A DNA stretch of 64,000 nucleotides, from contig OZ059897.1 of NCBI GenBank assembly GCA_964057225.1, positions 14,694,001-14,758,000 of the forward strand, read 5' to 3'. This DNA comes from Auanema rhodensis. Taxonomy: Eukaryota; Animalia; Nematoda. The notes beneath the pieces are model-generated. The model did no database searches and had not been told where the DNA came from. It worked only from the letters and a program-made list of their open reading frames with translations. Position 1 is the first letter of the stretch. Each line of letters begins with the position of its first letter. Position numbers and translations under genes: made by a program. Shown one piece after another: positions 42,612-56,200 of this stretch.

Positions 42612-44966
42612 ATGAATGTATCTAGTATGAACATTTATATTTATGTAATTTCATATAGTTTATTTCTATTCAATTATGCATTATCTAAATCAGATGAGGT
42701 TAATTACATTATCTTGTCTTTTGCATGAATTAGTAAAATCGTATAATTTTAGAATGGCTTACTTCCTGATTGGTCATCAAATTCTCAGAATAATTTAGAA
42801 GAAGTTAAACAGGTATCATATAAATTGTTATTCGCATGCTTTGTCTTGTCTATTTCACAACATTTATATCAAACATTTTAAGCTTTTGCAATTCATGAAC
42901 ATGAGAGTGAGTCCATCAAGACGAGCTAGTGCAAATATCTCCAATGATATATTAGTATCAAAGGAAGTTCAGGTACAACATAAATATATATAATATTTAT
43001 ATACTATATTTGAAATAATATTAATTATATATATTGTTAAGGAACTACTTGAACAATACAAAAACTCTGAATTAGAACCTATACCAGACACATTTCCTTC
43101 AAAATCTACAAAAATGGATGATTATCTTTATCAAGTCTAAAATATATTTAATATAATTATATTAATTATTTATTTTTATTAAAGGGAGATATTCTTTTAA
43201 CTACAAATCAAGCAAAGTTTCTCGCGAACACTGCAAGATGGCATGTATAACTATCATTTTGTCATTTAATTATTCAAATTGTTCTGTAATTTTCAGAAAA
43301 CTCGTTCTAAGCGACAAACAGCAAATTATGGAAGTTTTAGGGAATTATGGAACAAAAAGAAACCCATATTATATGATGCCAAACAAATGAGTCTGTTACT
43401 CCCTTTTCATCGGAGGATATTAGGGAGATTCTTTAGGTCGATCTGCCGCCAAACTTATCCGTAAAGTTATCAAGTTTTGGTCAAAAAATACTTGTCTTAA
43501 GTTTCGTGAAACGTCACCAGAGAAGGCACAAATCCGATTTGTACCCCAATCTGGTTAGTATTCAGTTTTATCTGATCATGTAAACTATATTACGAAATGA
43601 AATGAAAACTATTATCTTTGATAACTGTCATCGCAAATTAATTTTAATAAAACGTAAAGTTAAAATTCAAATTTATAAAATAGGATGCTGGAGCTACGTG
43701 GGAAGGCAGACAAGCTGGGGGAGACAAGAAATAAGTATCGGAAAGAATTGTGATTATGTGGGGTTTTCACTGTTTTGTGGATATTAATATAGAAAGAACA
43801 TTATCATTCAGTTTGGTACTGTAGCCCATGAAATCGCCCATGCTTTAGGATTTCTTCATACACAATCTCGCGGCGATCGAGACAACTATGTCACAATCAA
43901 TTTTTTCAATATCAACGCTTCAAGAATTGGAAACTTTATGAAGGAATGAGTAGCTCTTTTCAGCTTTTAAAACACCAAATGAAAATTAATTTTACACATT
44001 TACTTATAATTTAGGAGTATGATATATGGGAAACGTATCGTTTAACAAGTTATGATTTTGGTAGTGTTATGCACTATAGTCCATGTTTGTTTTTATGAAT
44101 ATTTTAAAGTTATTATTAATTACTTTATCCTTATTAATCGTAGAAAACAAAACTGCTTACAGATGCCTTTGCCTTAAATCCAAGAGTGCCTACTGTTCTA
44201 GCAAGAGATTGGAGATTCCAAGCAACAATGGGACAACCCGCAACTCCTTCTTTCTCAGATATAAAAGCCATGAATTTATTGTATAAGTGCAACGGTGGAC
44301 TTGCTGTTTATCTTTAAATTACACAGTATACTCATGTTCAGAGAATTGTAAACAGATGAAAAACTGTATGAACGGTGGATATGTTAGTCCCAAACAATGC
44401 TCCCTTTGTATATGTCCTCCCCAATTTAAAGGTTCGACATGTTCACAGTTAAAATCGGGTAATTTACCTACTTGCAATTCAAAACATCTAAAAGTAAAAC
44501 AATGATAAACTATAGGTCAAGTACAACAAATATTTTTACAGGCGAATAGCACTTGGCAGTATTTTGAAGGAACATTCGGATTGAAAAATAAAACGACTTT
44601 AAATGACTACAAAGACTGTAATTATTTAATTGAAGTAGTTTCTTAATTTTTTCTTTTTTTAATCAGGAATTCAGGGTAATAAAGGATCAAGAGTTAGTAT
44701 CAAACTAACGCTCTATAGTGCTCCATATTGCTACTCGTCTTGCCCATGGCAAGCTGTTGAAATCTCGGCAACAACTTTTGATGTTACAGGAATGAGGTGA
44801 CTCTTATATTTCAAAATATTCAATCAATGTATTAATTAATATTTCTAGATACTGTTGCCGAATGGATAATATATTATTTAATAGTCAAACAGAATTACTA
44901 TCAATTCGTGGTTTATCTAAATTCGGAACTGTATCATTCACAATATGGTACATAGCTTCTCCCTGA
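42612..44966 (+). CDS. Astacin metalloprotease (nas family): signal peptide, prodomain, astacin, EGF, CUB; one aberrant splice donor
   Basis: About 15 exons. Motifs: YQGDILLT, RSKR activation site, FWSKNTCLKF, GCWSYVG, zinc motif HEIAHALGFLH, Met-turn YDFGSVMHY, EGF CMNGGYVSPKQCSLCICPPQFKGSTC, then a CUB-like tail. The start could be ATG 42627. The donor at 43944 is GA, so intactness is uncertain. Confidence 0.85.
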
Positions 44967-46063
44967 TTGCACCAGAAAGAGAAAATATTTTTTAATAAAG
45001 TGATATGCAAGCAGTTTTTATTTAACTATAATTTTAAAATTTTATTCGTGTTTGTTCAAAACAACAACATAGATATTGGTAATACTACGAGAAAAGATAA
45101 CAACTCTTGGTCGTAGCAATTTTTTTCCCTCTGGTGTTTTTCTAATATATCTCAACCCTTATCTTCTCAAATCTTGAACACTTGTTTTTAATTTTAATGT
45201 AGGGTGTGAATTCGTTAATGACAAAGCTATTTCCCTACACTTTATTGTTATCCACATATGAAAGTTCAATAATTGATTTTTTTTGGAAATTATGTATCAA
45301 TTCTCAATGTCTAATTTATGGCAGAATATGCTCCATTGCTGATATTGTGCGCTCTAATATACAACAAATATGAAATAAATATATATTTTAGAGAGCAGTC
45401 ATAGTTTGCTCATTAAAAACCTCTGTTGATCTTTTGCAAACAAAATATATTAATCTTGTTTTAGTAGTAATAAAAATTTATAATTTTATAGTAGTAACAG
45501 TCTATGTGTAAAGTGTAATTGAACCAATACTTCAGTCTTGTTTTGGCTTGTACAGCTTTTCCTCGTATTCCTATACTGATTCATGTTAGTAAATAGTGCA
45601 AGTAGTCGCCCAGCTTTCTTATATGAATTATGATTTTGGTCATCGATTTTTTATCAGTCAACTATTTAGTGTTCTAAATCTTTTTGACAGGTGGCTGAGC
45701 GATGGCTACATTTGGAATTTTTCATTCCCAATCTCAAAATTTTCTTTGGTATTTATGTTTCATTTATTATTATCGGTAGTTACGAAATGGCTGTTATATA
45801 ACGCGCTTCCTTTTTTGTATTAGATTTTGTCAACTTCCTATATATTTTAATATTTGAAAACCTGTAAGTAAAATTGATTGTATAGTTTTTTTTAAGTTTT
45901 GGCGAGGTAGATATGTTTTTTTAGAGCAACTTTGCACAGATTTTGACAAATATGACCGTATATGTTTACAAACTTGACCTATCTTTTTTCCTTTGATATG
46001 TTGAAGGATTTAGCATATTTTGACAACTGTATGGTCGCTTTCCCAATCCTAATGGCATCAGCC

Positions 46064-46510
46064 GTCCAATCAAGTCGACCTCTTGGATTGTCTACGTGTG
46101 ATGACCGCATGCTCTCAAATCCATGAATCTGTCCTAACGGCATATCTTCTGGTTCATACTAAACATCTGCTGAGCTAGCTAGCGGCTGAGGGAGATTTTC
46201 TGCTTGTCTGGTCGCTCTCTCTCTACGATGTGGGCGGAGCCCACATGCCCTTTCAATAGATGGCCAATCGATGGCTGCCTATCGCGCCGCCACCGCCACG
46301 CACAACCACGCCGCTACCGGCGACTGCGACCTTTCCCATTTAACCTTTCATTCGATTGGCTTCTGGTTGCTTTGGTTCGTTTCTATTCAGATATGCTCTT
46401 TTTCTCTGCCCCTCTCAGTTTGTCGTAAAGTTTTCGATTAGTTATTTCATTATCGTAAATTACAAGACTTTCTTATCTCTATTCATAGTCTTTCAATCAA
46501 ACTGATTGGT
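46064..46510 (+). promoter_or_regulatory. GC-rich promoter-like island with a GC box and clustered CCAAT/Y-boxes, upstream of cey-1
   Basis: GGGCGGAG at ~46232; CCAATC at ~46066 and ~46264; GATTGG at ~46354; CTGATTGG at ~46502. The block 46200-46340 is locally GC/CpG-rich. Confidence 0.5.
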
Positions 46511-47797
46511 TCTTGTTGATGGTCTTCCCTTGTCGCCGGTCCCTTTTTGCTCTGTATCTTTTATCGTTATTTTCTTGTTGATAAGATGATTATAAAGAGT
46601 TTTACGGGAAGTAGCTGAGTCATTTTTCGCATATACTGTATCTTCATATACCGTTCAGTGCACACTGTACCTACACAGGCTTAGTTTTTCTAGTTTTTGT
46701 TGTTTTGGAGTAAAACCTCCGTACGTTAGTTAATCGAGCCAGTTGAATATTTTCTCCATAATCTCCCTGTTAACTTGCCTGCTTAGATTGTTTGTGCTGC
46801 TATCTGCTATTATCAAATAGTAATATTTTGTAATGAGAAAATTCGGTTATGCGAATATTTTATAATCCTCGCAATAAACTAGTAATACCAATTTTTGCAT
46901 GTATTGTTATATTTTTTGAAAATATGGATAATCAATCAATCACTTAACTTTAAAGGAGTTGTTTTTTTTTGTTGCTAGAATCTGTTTTCCTAGTTTCGTA
47001 GTTTTTGACAATCAGAAAAGAACAATTAGTTTCAACTCGATTTGAAATACATTGATCGAGAAGTCTATTTCATTCACAGGGTCATATTTTAACCCAAGCT
47101 GTTTATGCGACGGCGGCAGATTATCTTTTTGAATTAGACATCTCAGCACATTAATCCTGCGCTGTCGGCCACCTGGCTTCATTGTTCTGTCTCTTGCTTA
47201 CGGTGTAAAAGGACTGTTCTGTGTTCATTCTAAATATTCTAACTCATTTAACTATCTCGCCATTAAGTGTAAGCTAAACAAGAGCTCTGTCTTTAAGCTG
47301 CATCACATCTCGTCAATCTTACTCCCATCCCTCCTTATCTCTATCCCACTTTATCTCTTTTCTATTTTCTCCCATCTCCTTTAGTTTTCTCATTTCACCT
47401 CTTCTCTCTTTGGCCCCTGTACTGGGAGCCAGATGCGTACAAAGCTCAGCTGCTCTTTCGGTCTCGGATCTCTTTACACTCGATATCGAGTTTCCACTCT
47501 ACGGTTTCTTCTATTTTCTTTCTTACCAGATATGACTGGAAAATGTTAACTTTTCCAACACATTCCAATATAGATTAACATTCGTATTAATTTATGATTT
47601 TGTATCAGAATGTATGACGTTCATTTTTCATCTCTTTATTAAGTTTTATGTTGCTCGTTGTAAATTGTTCTGAATGTTATTCATTTTCATTTCCATTTCT
47701 TTAGCGCAGAAGATCGCGTAACCCGGGAACGTGAGCGCATATTCCAACTGGTAACATCAGAGCGCCGAAAGCAACAGCTATTCAGAAGAGTTCAATC

Positions 47798-48664
47798 ATG
47801 TCGTCTGATAACAAGAATGAACAAGCTGCTGCTACCGATAAGACCGAAGTTCCAGCTGAGAAGCCAGTGAGTTACATGATTTTTCTCACAATCTGCTTCG
47901 ATATGCACATAGCTTTAGCGTTATTAATCATGCTGCTTTCAGGTAATTGCTCAAGGAGTTACTGGAACTGTCAAATGGTTCAACGTCAAAAACGGATACG
48001 GCTTTATCAACCGTGACGACAACAAGGAGGACATTTTTGTTCACCAAACTGCCATCGCCAACAACAACCCTAAAAAATATTTGAGAAGCCTTGGAGACGG
48101 AGAGGAAGTTAAGTTTAATGTAGTCGAAGGAGCAAAGGGCCCTGAAGCCGCATGTGTAACTGGCTGTGACGGAGGACCTGTCAAGGGATCCAAGGTAACC
48201 AAAATAATAAAACTAACCGTCATGTTTCTATTCAGTATGCTGCCGACATTGATGCTGAGAACGTTGGACGTGGATTCCGTCGCCGCGCATTCTATCGTGG
48301 AGGCCGCCGTGGAGCTCCACGCACCAACAATGGTGAGCAGCGTGAGATTGAAGGAGAAGGACAAGGAGAAGAGGTATTTTATATTTTTTGTTTCTTGAAA
48401 CCAAGGTGATTGTAGGGAGGACAACGTAGACCCTTCCGTGGTCGCGGTGGAGGACGTGGTGCCCGTCGTGGTGGACGCCGTCCCGCTCCCCGTGGTGACG
48501 GAGAGTTAAGCGATGGCCAAGCTCAAGAGAATGGAGAAAATACTGAAGGAAACGGAAGAGGCCGCAGAGGACGTGGTGGTCGTGGACGCGGTCGTGGTGG
48601 ACGTGGTGGACGTGGAGGTGACAATGGAGAAAACTCTGCCCCCTCTGCCGAATCTAAGGCCTAA
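47798..48664 (+). CDS. cey-1: Y-box cold-shock-domain RNA-binding protein
   Basis: Four exons. The cold-shock domain reads [31 protein letters not shown]...[29 protein letters not shown], followed by GSKYAAD and an RGG-rich tail. The cey-1 versus cey-4 assignment is from recalled similarity. Confidence 0.88.
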
Positions 48665-50098
48665 GCTCTTAGTAGATCGTGTGAGCCCCTTCTTGTCTTC
48701 TAAACTTTGTTAATTATACTTCAATTACATACTTTGCATTATCAAAGTGTTAGAGTACCCTTGTGTAGTGTCTTGATTCTGTCATTTCTTTTATGGAATT
48801 GTATACTCAAGAATCCCTGTTTTTGTCGTAGTAAGACCGCCTTTTTTTCATTTCACCATCTTACGATCATTTACCATCTGAAACCCAACCTGCTATCGTA
48901 CATCTTTTAACTGTAAACTGAATCATCAGGAAAAGCACAGTTTTTGGAATTCTCCAAATAGTTTTGGTACTTTTTCTGTGATTTCGGTAACTGTTTAGAC
49001 CCCTGACACTATGCTAACTACTGTACCGTGTAATTAAACCAAAACGTCAACATCTCACATCTTTTGCTGCTCTTATATACAGTAGTTTGCAATACAAGTG
49101 CATAAGAGCACTATCATGTGTAAATTTCAATAGTAAGACCCGAAAGCTTCAACATCACCAGCACACGATCATAAATCTTGTTTCTGTTTTACATATTAAA
49201 ATAATAAATAATATTATGTATATTGTTCATCTCTTTCTATAACCCTATTTATTTTACCTTGAATATTTTACAACTGGACACTCAACAACAATTGTTGAGT
49301 ACAACGTATTGGGATGCTTTTGCGTTATTGAAAATTTATTGAACTAACATTGCATTAACAATGAAGGCTTCGCTGTTTCAACAGTTGCTATAAAGAATTT
49401 CTGAAGATAAATATTGGATTTGGAATAGCAACTCTGCAACTAGCCATAAAATTTTGAAAGATGTTTCAAGACAAATATATATATATGTATATTTAGTCTA
49501 TTCATATTTATGTTTTGATGTTTGAGAGAAATTGTCAACATCTTTTCTGGAGTTTTAGTGAAACAGCAGTAAAACATTACTTTAAACTGAAGTTCGATGG
49601 ATAATTGAATAGAAGATTTACAGATGAGCGGGAAATTAATTATTAAATTTAATACTATTCTTGTTTAACAGCTTAATAATATGTAATTTCCTCTATGACG
49701 TGAAGGCTATACTATAATAACTATTTCGAATAAATAGCTTGTAAAGCTTGAAATAATTAAAAGATTTGGAAAAATGATCAATGGCCGATAAATATATAAT
49801 AATATTATTATTTTATCTTTGCATATGAAAAGAATATAACTAACTAAAACAATGAAGTAAATTATATTATTATTACTATAATTTTTATGATTGGCTCATT
49901 TATTGTTATAAGCTTTTCATTAACCGACGTTATGGATAGCCATGAACAACAAAATTTATTTGCGATAGGACATGTAAGGAATAACAAAAAAACAACAAAT
50001 AATTATTAATAAAATCTAGCGTAACTGTAATTAATAACACTCGGAGTTCACAACACAGTTTGTATTCTAACAACATAATTCCAGAGCATACAATATGC

Positions 50099-52820
50099 TT
50101 AAAGTGCAGTTACCTTGTTAAAATCTATTTGATCAAGGAATAGAGTTTTCATCATGGTATCGGCAAAATCTGGATAGTAATTGCAAGCTCGAGAACAGTC
50201 TGGCATGAAGTTACATTCAAGTATCGTAGGCTGCACTGAATTCTCTCCTGAAAATAATAGTTTTACTGAGCTCTGGCTCTTAAATATTACCAGTCTCACT
50301 CCATTGTAGCATTACATCAACTCCATACATAGCTCGAGATTGAGCATTATTGCTTACACCAAGAGGGGGTTTTCTTCTATAATATATATTTTAAAAACAT
50401 TTTCATCCAAAAGACGGTGCTTACGAGCTCACTGTTTTCAGCATATCCAAAATGCATGTGTTAATATTTTTTTGAATATCAGCCCAGTTCAAATTTGGAT
50501 AAGTTACAGAGAAATGCTTTATGAAGTCCTCACATCTCATCTAAATTTTTGATATTGATTATATTATGGAATTGAGGTAGAACCTGTAAAATTTTGCTTC
50601 CATCATCAGCGTAGTTGAAAACGGTGAAATGAGTTTCCATGTCATCAAGATGATCTAAGGAAAATTCACTGAAAGTATTTGAGTGAAATATTATGACACA
50701 TGTCAACAGACTTAATCGAGAATCGAATCCAGAAGTTGTTGAAGATATAAGCTTCAACATTCTCGAAGCTTTTGACGAAAATAATATAACGCAGATCAAA
50801 TTTGACCTTGTTGCCATTGTCTGGACGTGTAAACAGAACAGGACGATCAATGTACTTACATGCAAGCTAAAAAATAATAATAAACATAATATTAAAGTCA
50901 GTCTAAACCTTAGGACCAGATTCAATCAATCGAATAATATGTCCGATATCCTGAGATACATGCATATCCATGCCACGAGCTAAGTTCCAGGGCTTGACAA
51001 TCCATGTATTTTCTTTTTTGCTAGAAAATAAATATACTCAAAGTATTTAAAAAAAAATAATAAACCTTTTGGCTCGTTCTTGGAAGACATTGACAAATAA
51101 AGGAAGTTCATTATTAAGATTGTACGATGGTTGGAACCAAGCAGGTCCTTGACCGTTATTCATTTGCATAACTACAGCTGATAACAAATCTTTTACAGTA
51201 AGGCAGCTTTCAAAAGGAAATTGGTTAACTAATCCTCTTGGATTTTCGCGACAAAGGGTACTGTAAATGTAAACTGAGATAAATTCTGATATAAAATCTT
51301 ACTCAAAATCATGAAAATGCTTTAACATCCAAATGACGTCAGCTTTTCGCCAATCGTCTACCAATTCGTACTTAATATCTTTCAAATTTTCAATTAATTG
51401 ACTATCATCTGCAAAAATTCGAACAACATCCAATGGTTTTCTAGCATCACTGGCTATTTTTTGTTCCTCTGCAGATGGCAGTTTATCAGGATTCCGGCCC
51501 GACTACAAATACGAAACGTAAAAAAAACTCGGATGTATAGCTTACGGAGAAGAAATCAGGGTCTAACTCTGTTCGTTTAGAAACAGATGGAGCAACATAA
51601 GATGGATCCCATGGTAAATATAACATATTTCTCCAGGTAGGGTTCTTCTTAACAATTGCATTATCACAATAATCTCTGGTAATGGTATCTGAAACTGATT
51701 TTATTCAAAAGGTCTAAACTATTTATTTACCATTTTGCTGAACAGGTTTGATTAAAAATAAAATATTGAATGCAAGTCCAAATGGAACATAGAAAAGCGG
51801 AACTATTCTGGAAAACAAAACCAATTATGATAATGGAAATGAAGTGGTTACCTAGCATTAGGCTCATCAGCATGCCCGATGCGACTACCAAATTCGTCCA
51901 TAATATACCACTGAGGTAATCCATCTTCATCGATATTCTAAAATATTTGTATATTTTTTTAATGCTATAAACATCAGAATAATTACAGTTTTGAAGCGTA
52001 TGGTGTAAGTGTTGGCATACTCCCATAATTTATGAATAATTTTGTCAATTATTGGAAGATCGTTGTTCTTGACAGTATAACACAAACGAGCATCTACTGA
52101 TTCATGACGGGGAATGGTAACTATAATTTTTCCCCAGAATAAACAAAATTCGCATAATAGAACATACTTCCAGCGGCTTTAGCTTGTTCCTTAGCTTGTT
52201 CTAATTTCTCATTCTCAGCTTTGTCAGTAGTTACTTCATCGTCACTACATTCCTCTTCTTCTTCCTCCTCTTCTTCCTAAATTTGAATTATATATAATCA
52301 AATATGTGAACTACATACATTCAAATCAAAGATATTTTTCATACGTTCCAACAAATTTGGCATCTTTTCCAGCTGCTTGCGGGCCTCATGTGGTTTGAAA
52401 GTCCAGGCGTGATCAATCAGGAATACACTTAAATGGCAATATAAAGAAATGAACCGTCATTTCTCAAATAAATTTACCATTCCTCATCTACTGGATGCAT
52501 ATCCTTAAGAGCTAAGACAGACCAACTCTGGCTGTCTTCCAGCTGTTCACAAACTATCTCAAAAAATTTACCTGCATCTAAAACCTAAAACTTTGCATTT
52601 TTAAATGAATAAATGACTGTAGCGGTTTAGATGAATCAATAAGGTTTCATCAATCATTAATGGTCAATATATAACGAGAAAAAATAAGAATACTGACCTC
52701 GTCCTTGAGTTTGTTATGAAGCGCTCCCCAAAGCTCAGGAGGAATACCTCCAGCTTCAAGCTGAGATTGGTGATGTGCAAGAAACTTCTCAAATGAATAG
52801 TCTTGAGCACTAGCGAACAT
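50099..52820 (-). CDS. ttll-12: Tubulin-tyrosine ligase-like protein 12
   Basis: Starts ttccagA|[34 protein letters not shown]. Motifs [50 protein letters not shown] and LECNFMPDC are present. All introns checked were GT-AG. Confidence 0.93.
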
Positions 52821-53253
52821 TCTGGAAGAAAAAGTTGAATATCAAATGAGAAATGGGTTTGGCCTTTCACTAACTGGTTATGAATTGAAAGCACCTTGAC
52901 AAAGACCAGTAGAATTAAAGACAAAGAAAGTCGCACGCAATGCAAAAAACAGGGGAAGAGAAATAAAAACCAAGTAACTGCGGGTTATCACCGAGAAACA
53001 ATAAACAAACGAGATTGTTTAGAAAAAACTTCAATGATATATGCATATGTATATATATATATAGAAATATGTATAATAAAAATCTGAATTTTCTCAATGG
53101 CATGATATGGCATTGTATGACAAGAATAAGAACAACCTGAAATTAAGAATTCGTGAGACGATGCAAAAAATATTATAAAAAATCTAAAACTAGAAATTAT
53201 ATAAGAGTATTAAAATAAATGTACAAAATATAAAAGTCATATGTATATTGTAA

Positions 53254-56200
53254 TCAATCGAGCCGAATATCTGGTAGAGTTATGCGGTAGAATGAAGTAC
53301 CGCATTGGCAAAGAATTGATGAATCCCCATATGTATATAATGCTTGAATTCTATCACCAATATCAACCTGAAATATTCTAAAATGAAAGAAAAACGAAAA
53401 TAACAGAACCTGAGTTATAAGGATTTTCTCACTAATATCCCAGAATGAAATGTTTGTTTTATTTGAACTAACAGCTAATCTCTCATTCACAACAACTAAA
53501 CCTAAGCTATCAAGTGTGAGAGCCTAAAAGTAGAACAATGATTTTCAAAATTATTCGGCATAGACTTTACATCTTCACATCTAAGTTTTCCAATGGAATG
53601 ACCATTATCTTTTGCCCACATACGGATGCATCCATCAGTACTTAAACCCAAAAGACAATTTGGAGATACGGCAAGCAAAATGGAATCTAGATAGCTTAAC
53701 ATATTCCAGTGCAAATATAATTCAAATAACCTCTACAATTGGAATCAGTAGACCTAATGATGAGACCTGTACTTAAATTCCACCAGCAAACAATTCCTTC
53801 ATCACAAGCAGAAAAAAGAATCTAAAAACTTCTTTTAAATATTGCAAATGTACATGTATGCTCCACATTCAATTCAGAATCCAATGCTAAAGAGGAAATA
53901 GTAGAGTGATGTCCACTAAGAATGTATTTCATTGAATAGGATGGTGTATGGTAAACCTGGAATTTTGAAATTTTATTTCAATTTAATGAAAACATTCCAA
54001 TGTGAATGTGCTATATTCATTTTATGTGTAGAATTCATGTAGACCGGTTGTTTACTTTTCAAACTTCAGATTACCTTTATCGTAGGATCCGTACCCGTAG
54101 TGATGAGTAAGCTATTGTGATACAGCATTTTCCCAATAGGTGTTTTGTGTGTTTTTTCCGTGTGTTTCAAAGCTATTGAAGAAACACGAATAGGTTTTTC
54201 TACAGTCAGTTGAAGATTGATGAAATCTATTGTGCCATCAATTCGGGCAGCAATAACTGTATTGTCCACAACCTAAAAAAATATATATAAGCGTGACAAA
54301 AAAAGGGAAAATGAAAATATTACTTCTATTTGGCTGATTCCTATATGTGATTGGAAATATACACCAATTAGCTTATTACGAGATAGACAAGCTATTTCTA
54401 TAGATCCATCAGCGCAGCCAAGAACAGCAACATTATCACTATGACTTATTCATAATTTATATAACAATTGAAATATGTTACCGAGCAATAGAAATACTCC
54501 AGATTCTCGGTGGAAGGGGAGGTGGTGGTGCATCTGGGCCAACAGGTATACGTAGCCTATTCATCTTTAAAATTCTCTCCGCTTAAAAAAAAAAAGGTTT
54601 CAAAGCTATACAATAAAAATTTACCAGTTTCGGAATTCCACAAACAAAGATTTCCTTCTTGACATGCAGAAATTACAAATTTGTTTCCAATATGTTTCAC
54701 ACATTCAATAGGAAAACGATGTCCTTGGAAGTGGGCTTGGACCTATGAACAATTAGAAAGTAAATTTCGAAAGAAAGAAAAATTACATAATCTCGAGGAC
54801 TGTTCCTTGAATTACTCATTTTATTGGATTCATCTGAAGTTTGTTTGAAAAGCATATCTTTCCACTTACTCCAAAAGCAAGCATACAAAACGAAAAGAAT
54901 AACTGACAGAACCAAAAGAACGAGGAAAGAGGCCATGTAAACTTTTAGCTGTGTTTCCAACCAAAATATTCTGGATCTGAAATAAATGTTAACTTCGGAA
55001 AACGAAATAAGCTTAACTGTAAATCTGTTGGTGGAGTTTCGGTTGAGAATCTACTATCACGATCTACTTCTTCTGATATCGATAAAGGTTGATATTCGCT
55101 GTATTTCAGCACATCCTCAGTGGGACTGATCTAAATTGGAAAAAATACAGATAGAAAGATATTTTATTGGCAATTGGAAACCTTAGTATTCAAAACTATC
55201 GATGGAAGGAATGTAATGTAATGTCCTGATAGGCTTATGTTGTATTCATTGAACATTGCTGGCCACCTAAAGAAAAAGGTTTAAAAATAAATAATTTTCT
55301 TTTTCACCATTTGAATGTTCTTCTTTGCCATTCTCCCCAAGCTTGTGGAGCAGTTTCAAGAACTCTATTAGAAATACCAATTTCTGAACAACTGGTACTA
55401 TAGAAACAAAGTGATATCTTAAGAAATCATACTTGATGTGTTTCGGTTGGAATGAACCACAAACGCAAGCCATACTGTCCATATTACGAAACCGATCATT
55501 AGAGATCTCTGAAATATTAGAATTTGAAAAACAAAAAATCTAAAAACAATTAACCTGCATTATTCTTGTACGCGTTACAAAGGAAATAAAGCGTAAGCGC
55601 AAACTTGTAGCTCCTTGGGATATGAAATCGTCGTGTTCATCGGACTCCTTTGATTTGCTCACCGAGTTTGATCTTCGGGTAACTGGAAAAAATAAAAACT
55701 TAAGGTGTGAATTCATTCGAAAATCTACTTCTTATTTTTTTCTCATTATTAACAATGCTTTCATCCAAGCGCGAATCAGAAAAGGTTCTCTTCCGAAGAC
55801 GTTTCATTTCAAACAGTTTGGGCCAAATTCTTCGAAAAGGACAACTGAAATATTTGCATTTTATTCATTAATATTATAGAAACATACCTAACAATTGGAT
55901 AAGTTTTTAACAATGGCACATCACTACTGAAAAGCATTAAAGAGAATCGTTCCTTATCTTTTTTGTTGAGTCTTTGAAGGTCGAATGTCAAACATGGTGC
56001 ATAGAAGACAAGCTTTAAATAGTATATTGAACAAAAAAACTTGAGAAGAAATCTTACTTGCATATAGAAATCTACAACTAAACCAATGGCAGCGTAAAAA
56101 CAAAACTCTTGAATTTCTGCCATTCTTGTACTGTAGCCCACGGCCAGAAATAAAAACTCCATAACAAAGTACTTACATAAAGAGTATCTATAACAAAATA

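Noticed and set aside
43230-43300. Possible GC donor in the astacin prodomain (ACT|gcaaga)
   Set aside because: A canonical phase-0 donor (CAT|gtataa) lies 12 nt downstream.
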